A stretch of DNA of 64,000 nucleotides, taken from assembly GCA_045597145.1 (NCBI GenBank), contig JAZODU010000018.1:24894-88893 (forward strand). Reading direction: 5' to 3'. The position numbers and the translations under genes were made by a program. Positions 36,467 to 46,309 of this stretch are shown here, piece after piece. The notes below the pieces were generated by a model. The model was not told the origin of the DNA and made no database searches. It saw only the letters and a program-made list of their open reading frames with translations. Origin of the DNA: Eubacteriales bacterium (GTDB lineage Bacteria > Bacillota > Clostridia > Oscillospirales > CAG-272). The first letter of the stretch is position 1. Every line of letters begins with the position of its first letter.

Positions 36467-38977
36467 TTATTTCGCCTCGTACCAACTGTTGCCCGCGTGG
36501 ATATCGACGTCAAGCGGCACGGAATAGGAAACGGCGTTTTCCATTTCCTCCTGCAAGATCTTTTTTGCTTCCTCCGCGCAGGAGCGGTGCGCCTCGATGA
36601 GCAATTCGTCGTGCACCTGCAAAATCAGGCGCGCGTCGATGCCGCTCTCTGCAAGGCGATCGTGGACGCGGATCATGGCAAGCTTGATAATATCGGCAGC
36701 CGTTCCCTGGATCGGGCTGTTCATCGCCACGCGCTCGCCGAATTTCTGCTGCATCTTGTTCGTGCCCGACAGCTCGGGGATATATCTGCGGCGACCGAAG
36801 AGCGTGGTCACGTAGCCGTCGCGGTAGGCTTCCTTGATCGTATTTTTGAGGTACGCATCGATACCGGGATACCCCGCAAGATACTGATCGATATACGCCC
36901 GCGCCTCAGCACGCGACACGCCGATGTCGTCGGAAAGCGAGAACGCGCCGATGCCGTACATGATACCGAAATTGACCGCCTTCGCCTTTTTACGCATCTC
37001 GGGGGTGACAGCACTCTCCTCCACGCCGAACACGGTGGCGGCGGTCGAGGTATGCACGTCCACGCCGCTGCCGAAGGCGCGGATCATATTGGCGTCACCC
37101 GACACGTGCGCGAGAAGCCGCAGCTCGATTTGCGAATAGTCCGCGTCGATGATGACGTAATCGCTGTTTTCGGGCAGGAAAAAGCGGCGCAGCTCGCGCC
37201 CAAGCTCCGTGCGCACGGGAATGTTCTGCAGATTTGGCTCTGTAGAGGACAGTCTGCCCGTAGCCGTGCCCGTCTGCTTGAAATGCGTATGCACGCGCCC
37301 GTTTTCGTCCGCGACCTTGAGAAGCCCTTCGACGTAGGTGCTGATGAGCTTTGTCACCTGTCTGTAATCCAGTATATCCGCAACGATCTCATGATAGGGG
37401 CGGAGCTTTTCAAGGATCTCCGCATTGGTGGAATATCCCGTTTTGGTCTTTTTTGCGTGCGGCAGCCCCAGCGTATCAAACAAGATCTCGCCGAGCTGCT
37501 TGGGGGAATTGATGTTGAATTGCTTCCCCGCGTGGAAATAGATACGCTCTTCAAGTGCCGCTGCAACGGCGGAAAGCTGCTCGCCGTAGCGCACAATCCC
37601 CTCGCGGTCGATGCGAAAGCCCGCAGTTTCCATGTCGGCAAGCACGCGCGCGAGCGGCATTTCAAGCGTGCGAAGCAGCTCTGCCTGCCCGCTCTCCTTC
37701 AGCTTTTCGGAGATCGGCGCATACAGACGCGTGTAGTAGCTCACGCGCGGCAGGTTGTCGTTGTAAAGCTCGCCCAGATAGTCGGACACCAGCGTGGGAA
37801 GCTCGAAATTGCTCTTGGAGGAGTTGGCAAGATACGCGCCGAGCATCAGGTCGTACAGATCAAGCGCGTCAAGCCCCTGCATGGCGGGTGCCTTGTAAAG
37901 TGCCTTGCAATCATACGTGATCAGCTTTTTGCCCATGAGCGAAAAATAAAGCGTGCTCAACGGCTCCTCGGTCTGCCAGACGGCATCACCGTCTGAAAAA
38001 AAGAGGGACGTGCCGTCAAAATCAAGCGCAACCGCATCAAGCTCGGAAAGCTGCGCAAGCAGCTCTTCCCCCGTAACCGTTGCCACGGTAACGCTTTTGG
38101 CGGGCTCTGCCTCCGCCGCGGTCAGTTCAAACCGCTTCAAAAACGCAGAAAACTCCAATCGCAGGAACAAGCGGCGCATTTCCGACTTGTCGGGCGTTGG
38201 TGCCAGTGCCGCCAAGGACGTTTCCATGGGCACGGTGCGGCAGATGCGCGCAAGATTCTGCGAAAGATACGCGCTCTCACGCCCGCCCTCCAGCTTTGCG
38301 CGCACCGACGGGGTGTGCTTTGCCGTGGGTAGTGCCTCGTACACGCCGTCAAGACTTCCGTACTCCGCAATGAGCTTGAGCGCGGTCTTTTCACCAATCC
38401 CGGGAACACCGGGGATATTGTCCGAGCCGTCGCCCATAAGTGCCTTGACGTCCACAAAGGAGGAGGACGGAACGCCGTATTTTTCCATGAATTTCGCCTC
38501 GTCCATCTCCACGGTTTCGGTGTTGGTGGCAAGCAGGACGTGCACGTGCGAGTCGATCAGCTGAAGAGAATCGCGGTCACCCGTGAGAAGATACGCGTCG
38601 CAATCGGCATCGTCGCACATCTGCGATAGCGTTCCGAGGATATCGTCCGCCTCGTAGCCTTCAAGCTCCAGCACGTGGTAGCCCATGGCGGAAAGCAGCT
38701 CCTTTGCCACGGGGAGCTGTGCCGCCAGCTCGTCGGGCATGGGGCGTCGCCCTGCCTTGTACGCGTCGAACATCTTGTGGCGGAAGGTGGGTGCTTTGAG
38801 GTCAAACGCCACCGCGCAATAGTCGGGGCGGATCGCATCCGCCTGCCGCGTGATCATGGTGACAAGCCCGTAGAGCGCGTTTGTGGGAAAGCCGTCCTTG
38901 GTCGTCAAGGGGCGGATTCCGTAAAACGCGCGGTTGAGGATACTGTTGCCGTCGATCGCCAGTAATTTTTTCTTCAT
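36467..38977 (-). CDS. polA: DNA polymerase I
   Basis: Start ATG 38977 (MKKKLLAIDGNSILNRAFYG, 5'-nuclease domain). Pol A motifs DYSQIELRLLAH, RRKAKAVNFGIMYG, QVHDELL. Confidence 0.95.
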   Translation of the reverse strand: MKKKLLAIDGNSILNRAFYGIRPLTTKDGFPTNALYGLVTMITRQADAIRPDYCAVAFDLKAPTFRHKMFDAYKAGRRPMPDELAAQLPVAKELLSAMGYHVLELEGYEADDILGTLSQMCDDADCDAYLLTGDRDSLQLIDSHVHVLLATNTETVEMDEAKFMEKYGVPSSSFVDVKALMGDGSDNIPGVPGIGEKTALKLIAEYGSLDGVYEALPTAKHTPSVRAKLEGGRESAYLSQNLARICRTVPMETSLAALAPTPDKSEMRRLFLRLEFSAFLKRFELTAAEAEPAKSVTVATVTGEELLAQLSELDAVALDFDGTSLFFSDGDAVWQTEEPLSTLYFSLMGKKLITYDCKALYKAPAMQGLDALDLYDLMLGAYLANSSKSNFELPTLVSDYLGELYNDNLPRVSYYTRLYAPISEKLKESGQAELLRTLEMPLARVLADMETAGFRIDREGIVRYGEQLSAVAAALEERIYFHAGKQFNINSPKQLGEILFDTLGLPHAKKTKTGYSTNAEILEKLRPYHEIVADILDYRQVTKLISTYVEGLLKVADENGRVHTHFKQTGTATGRLSSTEPNLQNIPVRTELGRELRRFFLPENSDYVIIDADYSQIELRLLAHVSGDANMIRAFGSGVDVHTSTAATVFGVEESAVTPEMRKKAKAVNFGIMYGIGAFSLSDDIGVSRAEARAYIDQYLAGYPGIDAYLKNTIKEAYRDGYVTTLFGRRRYIPELSGTNKMQQKFGERVAMNSPIQGTAADIIKLAMIRVHDRLAESGIDARLILQVHDELLIEAHRSCAEEAKKILQEEMENAVSYSVPLDVDIHAGNSWYEAK

Positions 38978-39146
38978 TTTGACACCTTCAAGCAAAAAAG
39001 GAAAAACGGCTCTTCTCGTTTCCCCTTTCATGCTTCCTTCAAAATTTCTATAGAAAGATTGTACCATATTTTGCCCTTTTTGTCAAGAGCTTATGCCGCG
39101 GTTCGGCAAAAGCGTTCCAAAGAAGTTTTGCAAAACGCCGCGCGCG

Positions 39147-39923
39147 TTACCTTGTTTTTTCTGCTGCCGCATACTGTGTGGGAGCGTATCCCGTTTCACG
39201 CTTGAATTCGCGGCAAAAATAAGAATAATCGCCAAAGCCCGATTGCTCCGCCACCTCGCGCATAGTACAGCTTTGGGACAGGATCAGTTCACTCGCGCGC
39301 CGCATTCTGCACGCGCGGATATACGAAGCCGGGCTTTTTCCGTGCTTTTCCTCAAAGAGCTTGCGCAAATAGACCTCGCTGATCGCAAGCTCTGCGGCAA
39401 TCATTCCCACACGTAAGCCCGAATCGGTATAATGCTGGGCGATAAAGTGCTCCGCGCGCGTCACAAGGATCCGACTGCTCCGCGCCATATAGCGCTCCTC
39501 GCTCTTGCGTTGCAAAACGGCAATCACAGAATACAGTGCCGCACGGCAGACAGCATCTGCCGCACCACCGCCGTCGCGCCATGCGCGCTCGGCTTCCTTG
39601 AAGAATCTGATCGCATTCACGACGCCAACGTCCGCAACAATCGGCTCAAACGGAGCTTCAACGTCCAATTCGAAATTGATCGCATAGGTTTCCCCCGCAC
39701 TTTTCTCACGAACGGTATAGCTCGCTCCCTTGGGAAGATAGGACAAGCTTCCCGGAGAGGCATGTAAAACCGTCCCATTCTCAAACACGTAATCTGCGTC
39801 GCCCACGGTGCGCAACGCCAACCCGTGCGTGGGGCGGTTACGGTGAATGGGCGCCCCCTTGTGCACGCAGATCGCCAGCGCGATCCGCGTCACGGTGATC
39901 TCCTTTAATTCCAAAAAATCCAT
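39147..39923 (-). CDS. AraC-family transcriptional regulator (cupin sensor + HTH)
   Basis: The C-terminal double HTH ends ...MREVAEQSGFGDYSYFCREFKRETGYAPTQY. Divergent from the glycyl-radical enzyme gene. Confidence 0.85.
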   Translation of the reverse strand: MDFLELKEITVTRIALAICVHKGAPIHRNRPTHGLALRTVGDADYVFENGTVLHASPGSLSYLPKGASYTVREKSAGETYAINFELDVEAPFEPIVADVGVVNAIRFFKEAERAWRDGGGAADAVCRAALYSVIAVLQRKSEERYMARSSRILVTRAEHFIAQHYTDSGLRVGMIAAELAISEVYLRKLFEEKHGKSPASYIRACRMRRASELILSQSCTMREVAEQSGFGDYSYFCREFKRETGYAPTQYAAAEKTR

Positions 39924-40050
39924 GTCTGCACCTCACATTCTGCAATCATTATACACTTTTGTTTCGAAAAAGTCAAGTGTTATCGAAACATCCATTGACT
40001 TTGATTTTTTAAAATGTTATAATGTTGTAAAAAAGCACGGGAGGCGCGCT

Positions 40051-42297
40051 ATGACAGAACAATTCAAAAAAGACCGCAATTATATCGAAAACAAATATCA
40101 CCGCACGGATGCACCGTTCGACCCCTACCGCCGCCGCGAGTATCACGGCTACGAATACGATCCCGCAACGGGCATGAGTGACGGCGAGCTGAGCGACGGG
40201 ATTGCCGCGCTCGTAGCCGAAAACGCCGCCCTGCCGCGCCCCGTCGTCAAGGCAAAGGCTGTGGCATTTGCACTTGAAAACACCCGCATCGACGTCAACG
40301 TGCAGGACTGGTTTGTAGGGATATACTCATGGGACCGCCCGATCTTCCCCCACACAGTCAAGGAGTGGCACGACGAGCTGTTTGACACCGTCCTCAATCG
40401 TGAAAAAGCGCAAATGGATCTGTTCAACCGCTCGGGAGCCATCAGTATGTGGGTGGATTACGACCACATCGTGCCCGATTGGGATGCGTTGATGACGCTC
40501 GGCTTTCCCGGCATCTTAGCGCGCGCGCGCCAATATCGCCGCCAGCGCGAAGAAAGCGTGGGACTGAGCGCACGGGAATGCGCCTATTTTGACGGAATCG
40601 AGATCGAATACGAGGCGATCTTATCATTCATCGAACGCCTCTACCGCCACGCCTCTGCGCAAACGCACGAAAAAGCACCGCGTATCGCAAAATGCCTTCT
40701 GCAATTGAAGGACGGCACCCCCACCGATACGTACGAAGCGCTGCAGCTGATGTATCTGTACTTTATGGTCAGCGAGAACGTAGACGTTTATCAGGTGCGC
40801 TCGCTCGGAAACGGTCTGGACCATACGCTGCGCCCCTTCTGGGAAGCAGATCTCTCGCGCGGTGTACCCCGCGAGGAGCTGTGCGAGATCCTCTCCTATT
40901 TTCTGATGCAGTTTTCCGCGATCGGCAACTACTGGGGGCATCCGTTCTACCTGGGCGGCACCGCCGCAGACGGCTCAAGCCTTGTCGATCACGTCACGTA
41001 TGATATTCTGAACACCTATCGTTCTCTCAAGATCTACAATCCCAAGATCCAGATCAAGGTTAATACCACCACCCCCGTGGAATTTCTGCGCATTGCCTAC
41101 GACATGGTTCGCTCAAACGAGGGCAACATGGTATTTTGCTGTGAACCGGGTATGATGCGCGCCATGATGAGCTATGGAGCTACGCACGAGGAAGCGCGAA
41201 CGATGGATATTCGCGGCTGTTATGAAACGGGTGTGCGTGCCAATGAGGTCGTCACCGCCGATACTTACATCAACCCGCTCAAGGCGGTGCTGTATGCACT
41301 GCACAACGGATACGACGCTTACGCCGATGCACAAGTGGGCGTGCAGACGGGTACGCTTGAGCGTCTGAAGACCTTTGAGGATTTTTATGCGGCGGTTCTT
41401 GCTCAGCTTGAGTCTTTGGCTGAGCGCGCGATGGGAATCGTAACGTCGCTGGAGGCGCATCTGGAGGAAATAACCCCCTCCTCGCTCTATTCCGCAACGA
41501 TCGAGCACAGCCTCGCATGCGCGACCGACGGCTACGCGGGTGGTGTCAAATTCAACAACTCTGCCGTCCTCATCTGCGGATTCGGAAGCTTTGTGGATGC
41601 CATGATGGCGGTCAAGGAGTTTGTTTACGACAAGCACACCGTCACACTCGAGGAGCTCGTTGCCGCACTGGATGCCGATTGGAAGGGCTACGAGGCATTG
41701 CGCCATGCTATTCTGCACTCCCCCCACAAATACGGGAACGGCGATGCGGAGGCCGATTCCTATGCCCGTGCCTTATCACATTGGTTTGCATTGAAGGTCG
41801 ACAACCGCCCCACCGCACGCGGCGGTGTTTACAAGGCACTCATGCATTCAGCAATGCAATTTGTCTGGCAGGGCGAAAAAACCGAGGCAACACCGGACGG
41901 GCGCCGCACGGGAGAGGAGATCTCCAAAAACGCCTCCCCCGCCCCCGGTATGGATCGCAACGGCGTCACCGCGCTGATTCGTTCAGCCGTCAATCTTTCG
42001 CCCGCTCTTTACACCGAGTCGTTTTGTCTGGATGTCATGCTCCACCCCTCCACGGTCAGCGGTGAAAAAGGACTTGCCACCCTGCACGCGTTGGTGCAAA
42101 TCTACATGCAGGGCAACGGCATGGCAATCCAATTCAACGTCTTCGACACAGCCACTCTGCGCGACGCGCAGGAGCACCCCGAAAAATACCAAAGCCTGCA
42201 GGTTCGCGTTGCAGGTTGGAACGTGCTTTGGAACAATCTCTCGCGCGCCGAGCAGGATGCCTACATCCGCCGCGCCGAGGGAGTCGCAGACACCTAA
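40051..42297 (+). CDS. Glycyl-radical enzyme (PFL2/dehydratase-like clade), substrate unknown
   Basis: Start ATG 40051 (GGGAGG RBS). C-terminal glycyl-radical motif LQVRVAGWNVLWNNL. Cys loop MDIRGCYETG (G-C-x-E). 748 aa. Confidence 0.8.
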   Translation: MTEQFKKDRNYIENKYHRTDAPFDPYRRREYHGYEYDPATGMSDGELSDGIAALVAENAALPRPVVKAKAVAFALENTRIDVNVQDWFVGIYSWDRPIFPHTVKEWHDELFDTVLNREKAQMDLFNRSGAISMWVDYDHIVPDWDALMTLGFPGILARARQYRRQREESVGLSARECAYFDGIEIEYEAILSFIERLYRHASAQTHEKAPRIAKCLLQLKDGTPTDTYEALQLMYLYFMVSENVDVYQVRSLGNGLDHTLRPFWEADLSRGVPREELCEILSYFLMQFSAIGNYWGHPFYLGGTAADGSSLVDHVTYDILNTYRSLKIYNPKIQIKVNTTTPVEFLRIAYDMVRSNEGNMVFCCEPGMMRAMMSYGATHEEARTMDIRGCYETGVRANEVVTADTYINPLKAVLYALHNGYDAYADAQVGVQTGTLERLKTFEDFYAAVLAQLESLAERAMGIVTSLEAHLEEITPSSLYSATIEHSLACATDGYAGGVKFNNSAVLICGFGSFVDAMMAVKEFVYDKHTVTLEELVAALDADWKGYEALRHAILHSPHKYGNGDAEADSYARALSHWFALKVDNRPTARGGVYKALMHSAMQFVWQGEKTEATPDGRRTGEEISKNASPAPGMDRNGVTALIRSAVNLSPALYTESFCLDVMLHPSTVSGEKGLATLHALVQIYMQGNGMAIQFNVFDTATLRDAQEHPEKYQSLQVRVAGWNVLWNNLSRAEQDAYIRRAEGVADT

Positions 42298-42302
42298 ACG
42301 CC

Positions 42303-42340
42303 ACACGGCGGTCGCCTTCAAGCGACCGCCGTGTGTTTTT
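42303..42340 (+). terminator. Terminator of the glycyl-radical enzyme gene
   Basis: ACACGGCGGTCGC-CTTCAA-GCGACCGCCGTGTGTTTTT. Confidence 0.75.
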
Positions 42341-42473
42341 ATAAATGGGGCCTTCGGAACGCCGTAGGGCTTTTACCCGTGTGACGGCGGAAGGCGTTGG
42401 TAAAATAGTAGGCGTTGGGATAACCGCACCGCTCGGCGATCTCGTTCCCTGAAGGCTTTTCAAGATTTTTTCT
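42339..42473 (-). pseudogene. AraC-family C-terminal fragment (about 44 codons)
   Basis: The minus-strand frame reads RKNLEKPSGNEIAERCGYPNAYYFTNAFRRHTGKSPTAFRRPHL*. It is bounded upstream by TGA (42474-42476). It is the last helix-turn-helix of an AraC protein with nothing upstream. Confidence 0.55.
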
Positions 42474-42481
42474 TCAAATGA

Positions 42482-42510
42482 TTGACATATCTTTTATTTT
42501 ATGATATACT
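42482..42510 (+). promoter_or_regulatory. alaS promoter
   Basis: TTGACA (42482-42487), 17 nt, TATACT (42505-42510). The leader is only about 40 nt. Confidence 0.65.
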
Positions 42511-42553
42511 TATATGTAATTTTGAAGTAAATTCACCGAAAGGATCGATCCTT

Positions 42554-45184
42554 ATGAAATGGACATCTCTCAACGACCTGCGTGAGAAGTACCTCGCGTT
42601 CTTTGAATCCAAGGGACATCTGCGTCTTCCCTCTTATCCGCTGGTTCCCATCAACGACAAATCCCTCCTGCTGATCAACTCGGGCATGGCACCCATGAAG
42701 AAGTTCTTCACGGGCGAGGAGGAGCCGCCGCGCACGCGCGTGACCACCTGCCAGAAGTGCATCCGCACGCCCGACCTTGAGCGTGTCGGTCACACCGCAC
42801 GCCACGGTACGTTTTTTGAAATGCTCGGAAACTTCTCCTTTGGCGACTATTTCAAGGAAGAAGCCATTCCGTGGGCTTGGGAATTTCTGACCGAAACGCT
42901 GGAGATCCCGAAGGATCTGCTCTGGCCCTCCATTTACGAGGAGGACGAGGAGGCTTACGGCATCTGGGCGAACAAGATCGGTGTGGATCCCTCTCACATC
43001 GTGCGCCTTGGCAAGGCGGACAACTTCTGGGAGCACGGTACGGGTCCCTGCGGTCCCTGCTCCGAGATCTACTTCGATCGCGGCATCAAGTACGGCTGCG
43101 GCTCTCCCGACTGCAAGCCCGGCTGTGATTGCGACCGCTTTATGGAGATCTGGAACAACGTGTTCTCTCAGTTCAACAACATGGGCGACGGCACTTATAC
43201 CGAGCTGGCGCAGAAAAACATCGATACGGGTATGGGACTGGAGCGTCTTGCGTGCGTCATGCAGGGCGTGAACAACATGTTCGAGGTCGACACGATCCGC
43301 AAAGTACTTGATAACGTCTGCGCGATCGCGGGCAAGGAGTACGGCAAGGACAAGAACGACGACATCTCCATCCGCGTGATTACCGACCACATCCGCTCCG
43401 CGACCTTTATGATCTCGGACGGCGTCATTCCCTCCAACGAGGGTCGCGGCTACGTGCTTCGCCGCATTCTCCGCCGCGCTTGCCGTCACGGCAAGCTCCT
43501 TGGCATCAACCGCTCCTTCCTGCCCGAGCTTGGCGTGATCGCCATCGGCGAATCCGAGGGCGCATACCCCGAGCTTGCTGAAAAGAAGGATTATATCCTC
43601 AAGGTCGTTGCGATGGAGGAGGAGCGCTTTGACGCTACCATCGACGCAGGCCTTGCCATTCTGAACACCATGGTCGGGGACGCAAAGCAAGCAAACGCGA
43701 CCGCGCTTTCGGGCGAGGACGTGTTCAAGCTGTACGACACCTTCGGCTTCCCCATTGACCTGACGCGCGAGATTGCGGAGGAAGCAGGGCTGTCGATCGA
43801 CGAGGCTCGCTTCACGGAGCTGATGCAGGAGCAAAAGGTTCGCGCGCGCGAGGCGCGCGCCAATATCAGCGGTTGGTCGAGTGCCTCCAAAAATCTGTTG
43901 GCTGACCTGCCCGCAACCGCGTTTTTCGGCTACGACGCTCTTTGCGGCAGCGCAAAGGTTCTGGCGATCCTTGCCGACGACATGAGCGTAAGCGAGATCA
44001 GCGAGGGCGAATGCTCCGTGATCCTTGACGCAACGCCCTTCTACGGCGAGGGCGGCGGTCAGATCGGTGACACGGGTGTTATCAAAACCGCCAATGCGGA
44101 ATTGACCGTGACCGACACCAAAAAGACCGACGGCGTTTACATTCACCTGTGCTCCATTCTCTCGGGTGCCGTTAAGGTCGGCGACACCGTGACCACCGAG
44201 GTCGACGTAACCCGCCGCGCAGCGATCATGAGAAACCACTCCGCGTGCCACCTGCTCCAAAGTGCGCTCCGCCGTGTGCTTGGCAACCACGTTGAGCAGT
44301 CGGGCTCTTACGTTTCCGACAGCGTTTGCCGCTTCGACTTTACTCACTTTGCGGCAATGACCGCAGACGAGATCGCACGTGTTGAAGCGATCGTCAACGG
44401 CGAGATCCTTGCGGGTCAGATCGGTTCCATGACCGAGATGCCCATTGACGAGGCAAAGAAGCTGGGTGCTATGGCTCTGTTTGGAGAAAAGTACGGCAAG
44501 ATCGTGCGCGTGGTGCGCATGGGCGACAATTCCGTAGAGTTCTGCGGAGGCACGCACGTGGACAACACCGCAAAGATCGGTATGTTCAAGATCCTTTCCG
44601 AGTCCTCCGTTGCCGCAGGCGTGCGCCGTATCGAGGCGACCACGGGCGAGGGGATTCTCAAGCTGCTGGCTGAAAAGAACACGCTGATCGCAGACACCGC
44701 AAAGGAAATGAAGGTGCAAAAGCCCGCAGATCTTGCAAAACGTGCGGCACAGATGCAGAACGAGCTCGCGGCTATGAAGCGTGAGATCGATGCGCTGAAC
44801 GCAAAGATCGCGGCGTCGCAGATCGATTCGATCGTCGCATCTGCCGAAACCGTGGGTACGGTACGCCTGATCACCCATGATCTGGGTGCGATGGATGCCG
44901 GTGCTGCAAGAACGCTTGCCGACGAGATCAAGGCGCGCTATGACGATATCGTGGCGGTGCTTTCGATCCACGACGATACAAAGCTGAACTTCATCGCAGT
45001 TGCGGGCAAGGATGCCGTGGCACACGGTGCACACGCAGGAAAGCTCGTGGGAGCTGTGGCAGCTGTAACCGGCGGCAAGGGCGGCGGACGCCCCGACAAC
45101 GCAATGGCAGGCGGCAAGGATCCCGCAAAAATCGACGAGGCACTGCGTGCCGCAAAGGATCTTTTGCTCCCTTCTTTGAAATAA
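42554..45184 (+). CDS. alaS: Alanine--tRNA ligase
   Basis: Start ATG 42554 (MKWTSLNDLREKYLAFFESKGH). FEMLGNFSFGDYFK. Editing-domain HxxxH (HSACHLL) and CGGTHV motifs. Confidence 0.95.
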   Translation: MKWTSLNDLREKYLAFFESKGHLRLPSYPLVPINDKSLLLINSGMAPMKKFFTGEEEPPRTRVTTCQKCIRTPDLERVGHTARHGTFFEMLGNFSFGDYFKEEAIPWAWEFLTETLEIPKDLLWPSIYEEDEEAYGIWANKIGVDPSHIVRLGKADNFWEHGTGPCGPCSEIYFDRGIKYGCGSPDCKPGCDCDRFMEIWNNVFSQFNNMGDGTYTELAQKNIDTGMGLERLACVMQGVNNMFEVDTIRKVLDNVCAIAGKEYGKDKNDDISIRVITDHIRSATFMISDGVIPSNEGRGYVLRRILRRACRHGKLLGINRSFLPELGVIAIGESEGAYPELAEKKDYILKVVAMEEERFDATIDAGLAILNTMVGDAKQANATALSGEDVFKLYDTFGFPIDLTREIAEEAGLSIDEARFTELMQEQKVRAREARANISGWSSASKNLLADLPATAFFGYDALCGSAKVLAILADDMSVSEISEGECSVILDATPFYGEGGGQIGDTGVIKTANAELTVTDTKKTDGVYIHLCSILSGAVKVGDTVTTEVDVTRRAAIMRNHSACHLLQSALRRVLGNHVEQSGSYVSDSVCRFDFTHFAAMTADEIARVEAIVNGEILAGQIGSMTEMPIDEAKKLGAMALFGEKYGKIVRVVRMGDNSVEFCGGTHVDNTAKIGMFKILSESSVAAGVRRIEATTGEGILKLLAEKNTLIADTAKEMKVQKPADLAKRAAQMQNELAAMKREIDALNAKIAASQIDSIVASAETVGTVRLITHDLGAMDAGAARTLADEIKARYDDIVAVLSIHDDTKLNFIAVAGKDAVAHGAHAGKLVGAVAAVTGGKGGGRPDNAMAGGKDPAKIDEALRAAKDLLLPSLK

Positions 45185-45207
45185 TTTAATTTTTTTTGAA
45201 AAAACTA

Positions 45208-45236
45208 TTGACAACGCACCGCAAAAGTGCTATAAT
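45208..45236 (+). promoter_or_regulatory. Promoter of lipoprotein paralog 1
   Basis: TTGACA (45208-45213), 17 nt ending in TGC, TATAAT (45231-45236). Confidence 0.65.
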
Positions 45237-45297
45237 GCAAATGTGGTATTTCACAAAAATATCACAAAAAAATCACATTTAAAGGAGAATTTTCATC

Positions 45298-45723
45298 ATG
45301 AAAAAGTTCACCAAAATTCTGGCTCTGAGCCTCGCTCTCATCATGTCCGTTATGATGCTTGCTTCCTGCGCAATTTTCGGTGCAAAGCCCGCTAAGGATC
45401 CCGAAAAGGCTAAAGATGCACTGAAGGACAACGATTACAATGTTCAGTTGATCGACGACAAGGATGCCCTTGAAGGGTACGCTGAAATGAACGAGTGTGG
45501 CAAACTCACCGCGGTTGTTGTTGGTGCTAATGAGGACGAAGAGTTCATCTCCATTCTCTACTTCGAAGATGCATCTGATGCTAAGAAAGCTTATGAGGAT
45601 TCTAAGGAAGAGCTCAAAGAGATGCAGGAAGAAGACGATGACTACAAGGACTATGTCTGCGGCAGATCCGGCAAGATGGTTTGGATGGCTTCCTCCAAGG
45701 ACGCTGTTAAGGCAGCAAAATAA
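45298..45723 (+). CDS. Small lipoprotein, paralog 1 of 3, unknown function
   Basis: MKKFTKILALSLALIMSVMMLASC lipobox. AAAGGAGA RBS. Acidic, Lys-rich mature part. See the finding at 45185-46669. Confidence 0.75.
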   Translation: MKKFTKILALSLALIMSVMMLASCAIFGAKPAKDPEKAKDALKDNDYNVQLIDDKDALEGYAEMNECGKLTAVVVGANEDEEFISILYFEDASDAKKAYEDSKEELKEMQEEDDDYKDYVCGRSGKMVWMASSKDAVKAAK

Positions 45724-45776
45724 TTTGAACATAAAAAAGAAAGTCGCTTCGGCGGCTTTCTTTTTTGCGCTTTCTC

Positions 45777-45805
45777 TTGACAATCATACCAAACGGTGCT
45801 ATAAT
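45777..45805 (+). promoter_or_regulatory. Promoter of lipoprotein paralog 2
   Basis: TTGACA (45777-45782), 17 nt ending in TGC, TATAAT (45800-45805). It is preceded by the paralog-1 terminator hairpin (about 45733-45768). Confidence 0.65.
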
Positions 45806-45861
45806 GTGAAAGGAGCGCATCAATCATCACCCAAAATCATATTTAAAGGAGAATTTTCATC

Positions 45862-46302
45862 ATGAAAAAGCTCACCAAAATCCTTGCCCTCTCGCTGGCA
45901 CTGATCATGTCCGTTATGATGCTCGCTTCTTGCTCCATCTTCGGTGCGAAGCCTGCTAAAGATTTCGAAGACGCAAAAAAGGCTCTTGAAGATAACGATT
46001 ACGACATTGGCTACGCCGACAAGAATCTTGACGGTGATCCGGAAGCAAGAATCTATGCAAGCAAGAAGGATGAGTTTATCACCATTTATTGGTATAAGGA
46101 TGTAGCAGATGCAAAGGACGCATACAAAGATGCCAAGGAAGATCTGAAAAAGATGAAGGAAGATCTCAAGGCCATGCAGGATGACCTTAACGAGGACGAT
46201 TATAAGGGATACGAGGAAGAGCTTGACAACTACGTGATCGGCAGATCCGGCAAGATGGTTTGGATGGCTTCCTCCAAGAACGCTGTCAAGGCAGCAAAAT
46301 AA
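45862..46302 (+). CDS. Small lipoprotein, paralog 2 of 3
   Basis: MKKLTKILALSLALIMSVMMLASC. The C-terminus GRSGKMVWMASSKNAVKAAK is nearly identical to paralog 1. Confidence 0.75.
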   Translation: MKKLTKILALSLALIMSVMMLASCSIFGAKPAKDFEDAKKALEDNDYDIGYADKNLDGDPEARIYASKKDEFITIYWYKDVADAKDAYKDAKEDLKKMKEDLKAMQDDLNEDDYKGYEEELDNYVIGRSGKMVWMASSKNAVKAAK

Positions 46303-46309
46303 GTTGAAC

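Noticed and set aside
42474-42553. A T-box leader upstream of alaS.
   Set aside because: The distance from the consensus promoter (-10 box at 42505-42510) to the ATG (42554) is about 40 nt, far too short for a T-box (about 200 nt). No specifier or T-box sequence is seen.
42533-45214. 893-aa minus-strand ORF opposite alaS.
   Set aside because: It is antisense to a full-length, motif-complete alaS. The stop-free antisense frame is a by-product of GC-rich codon usage.
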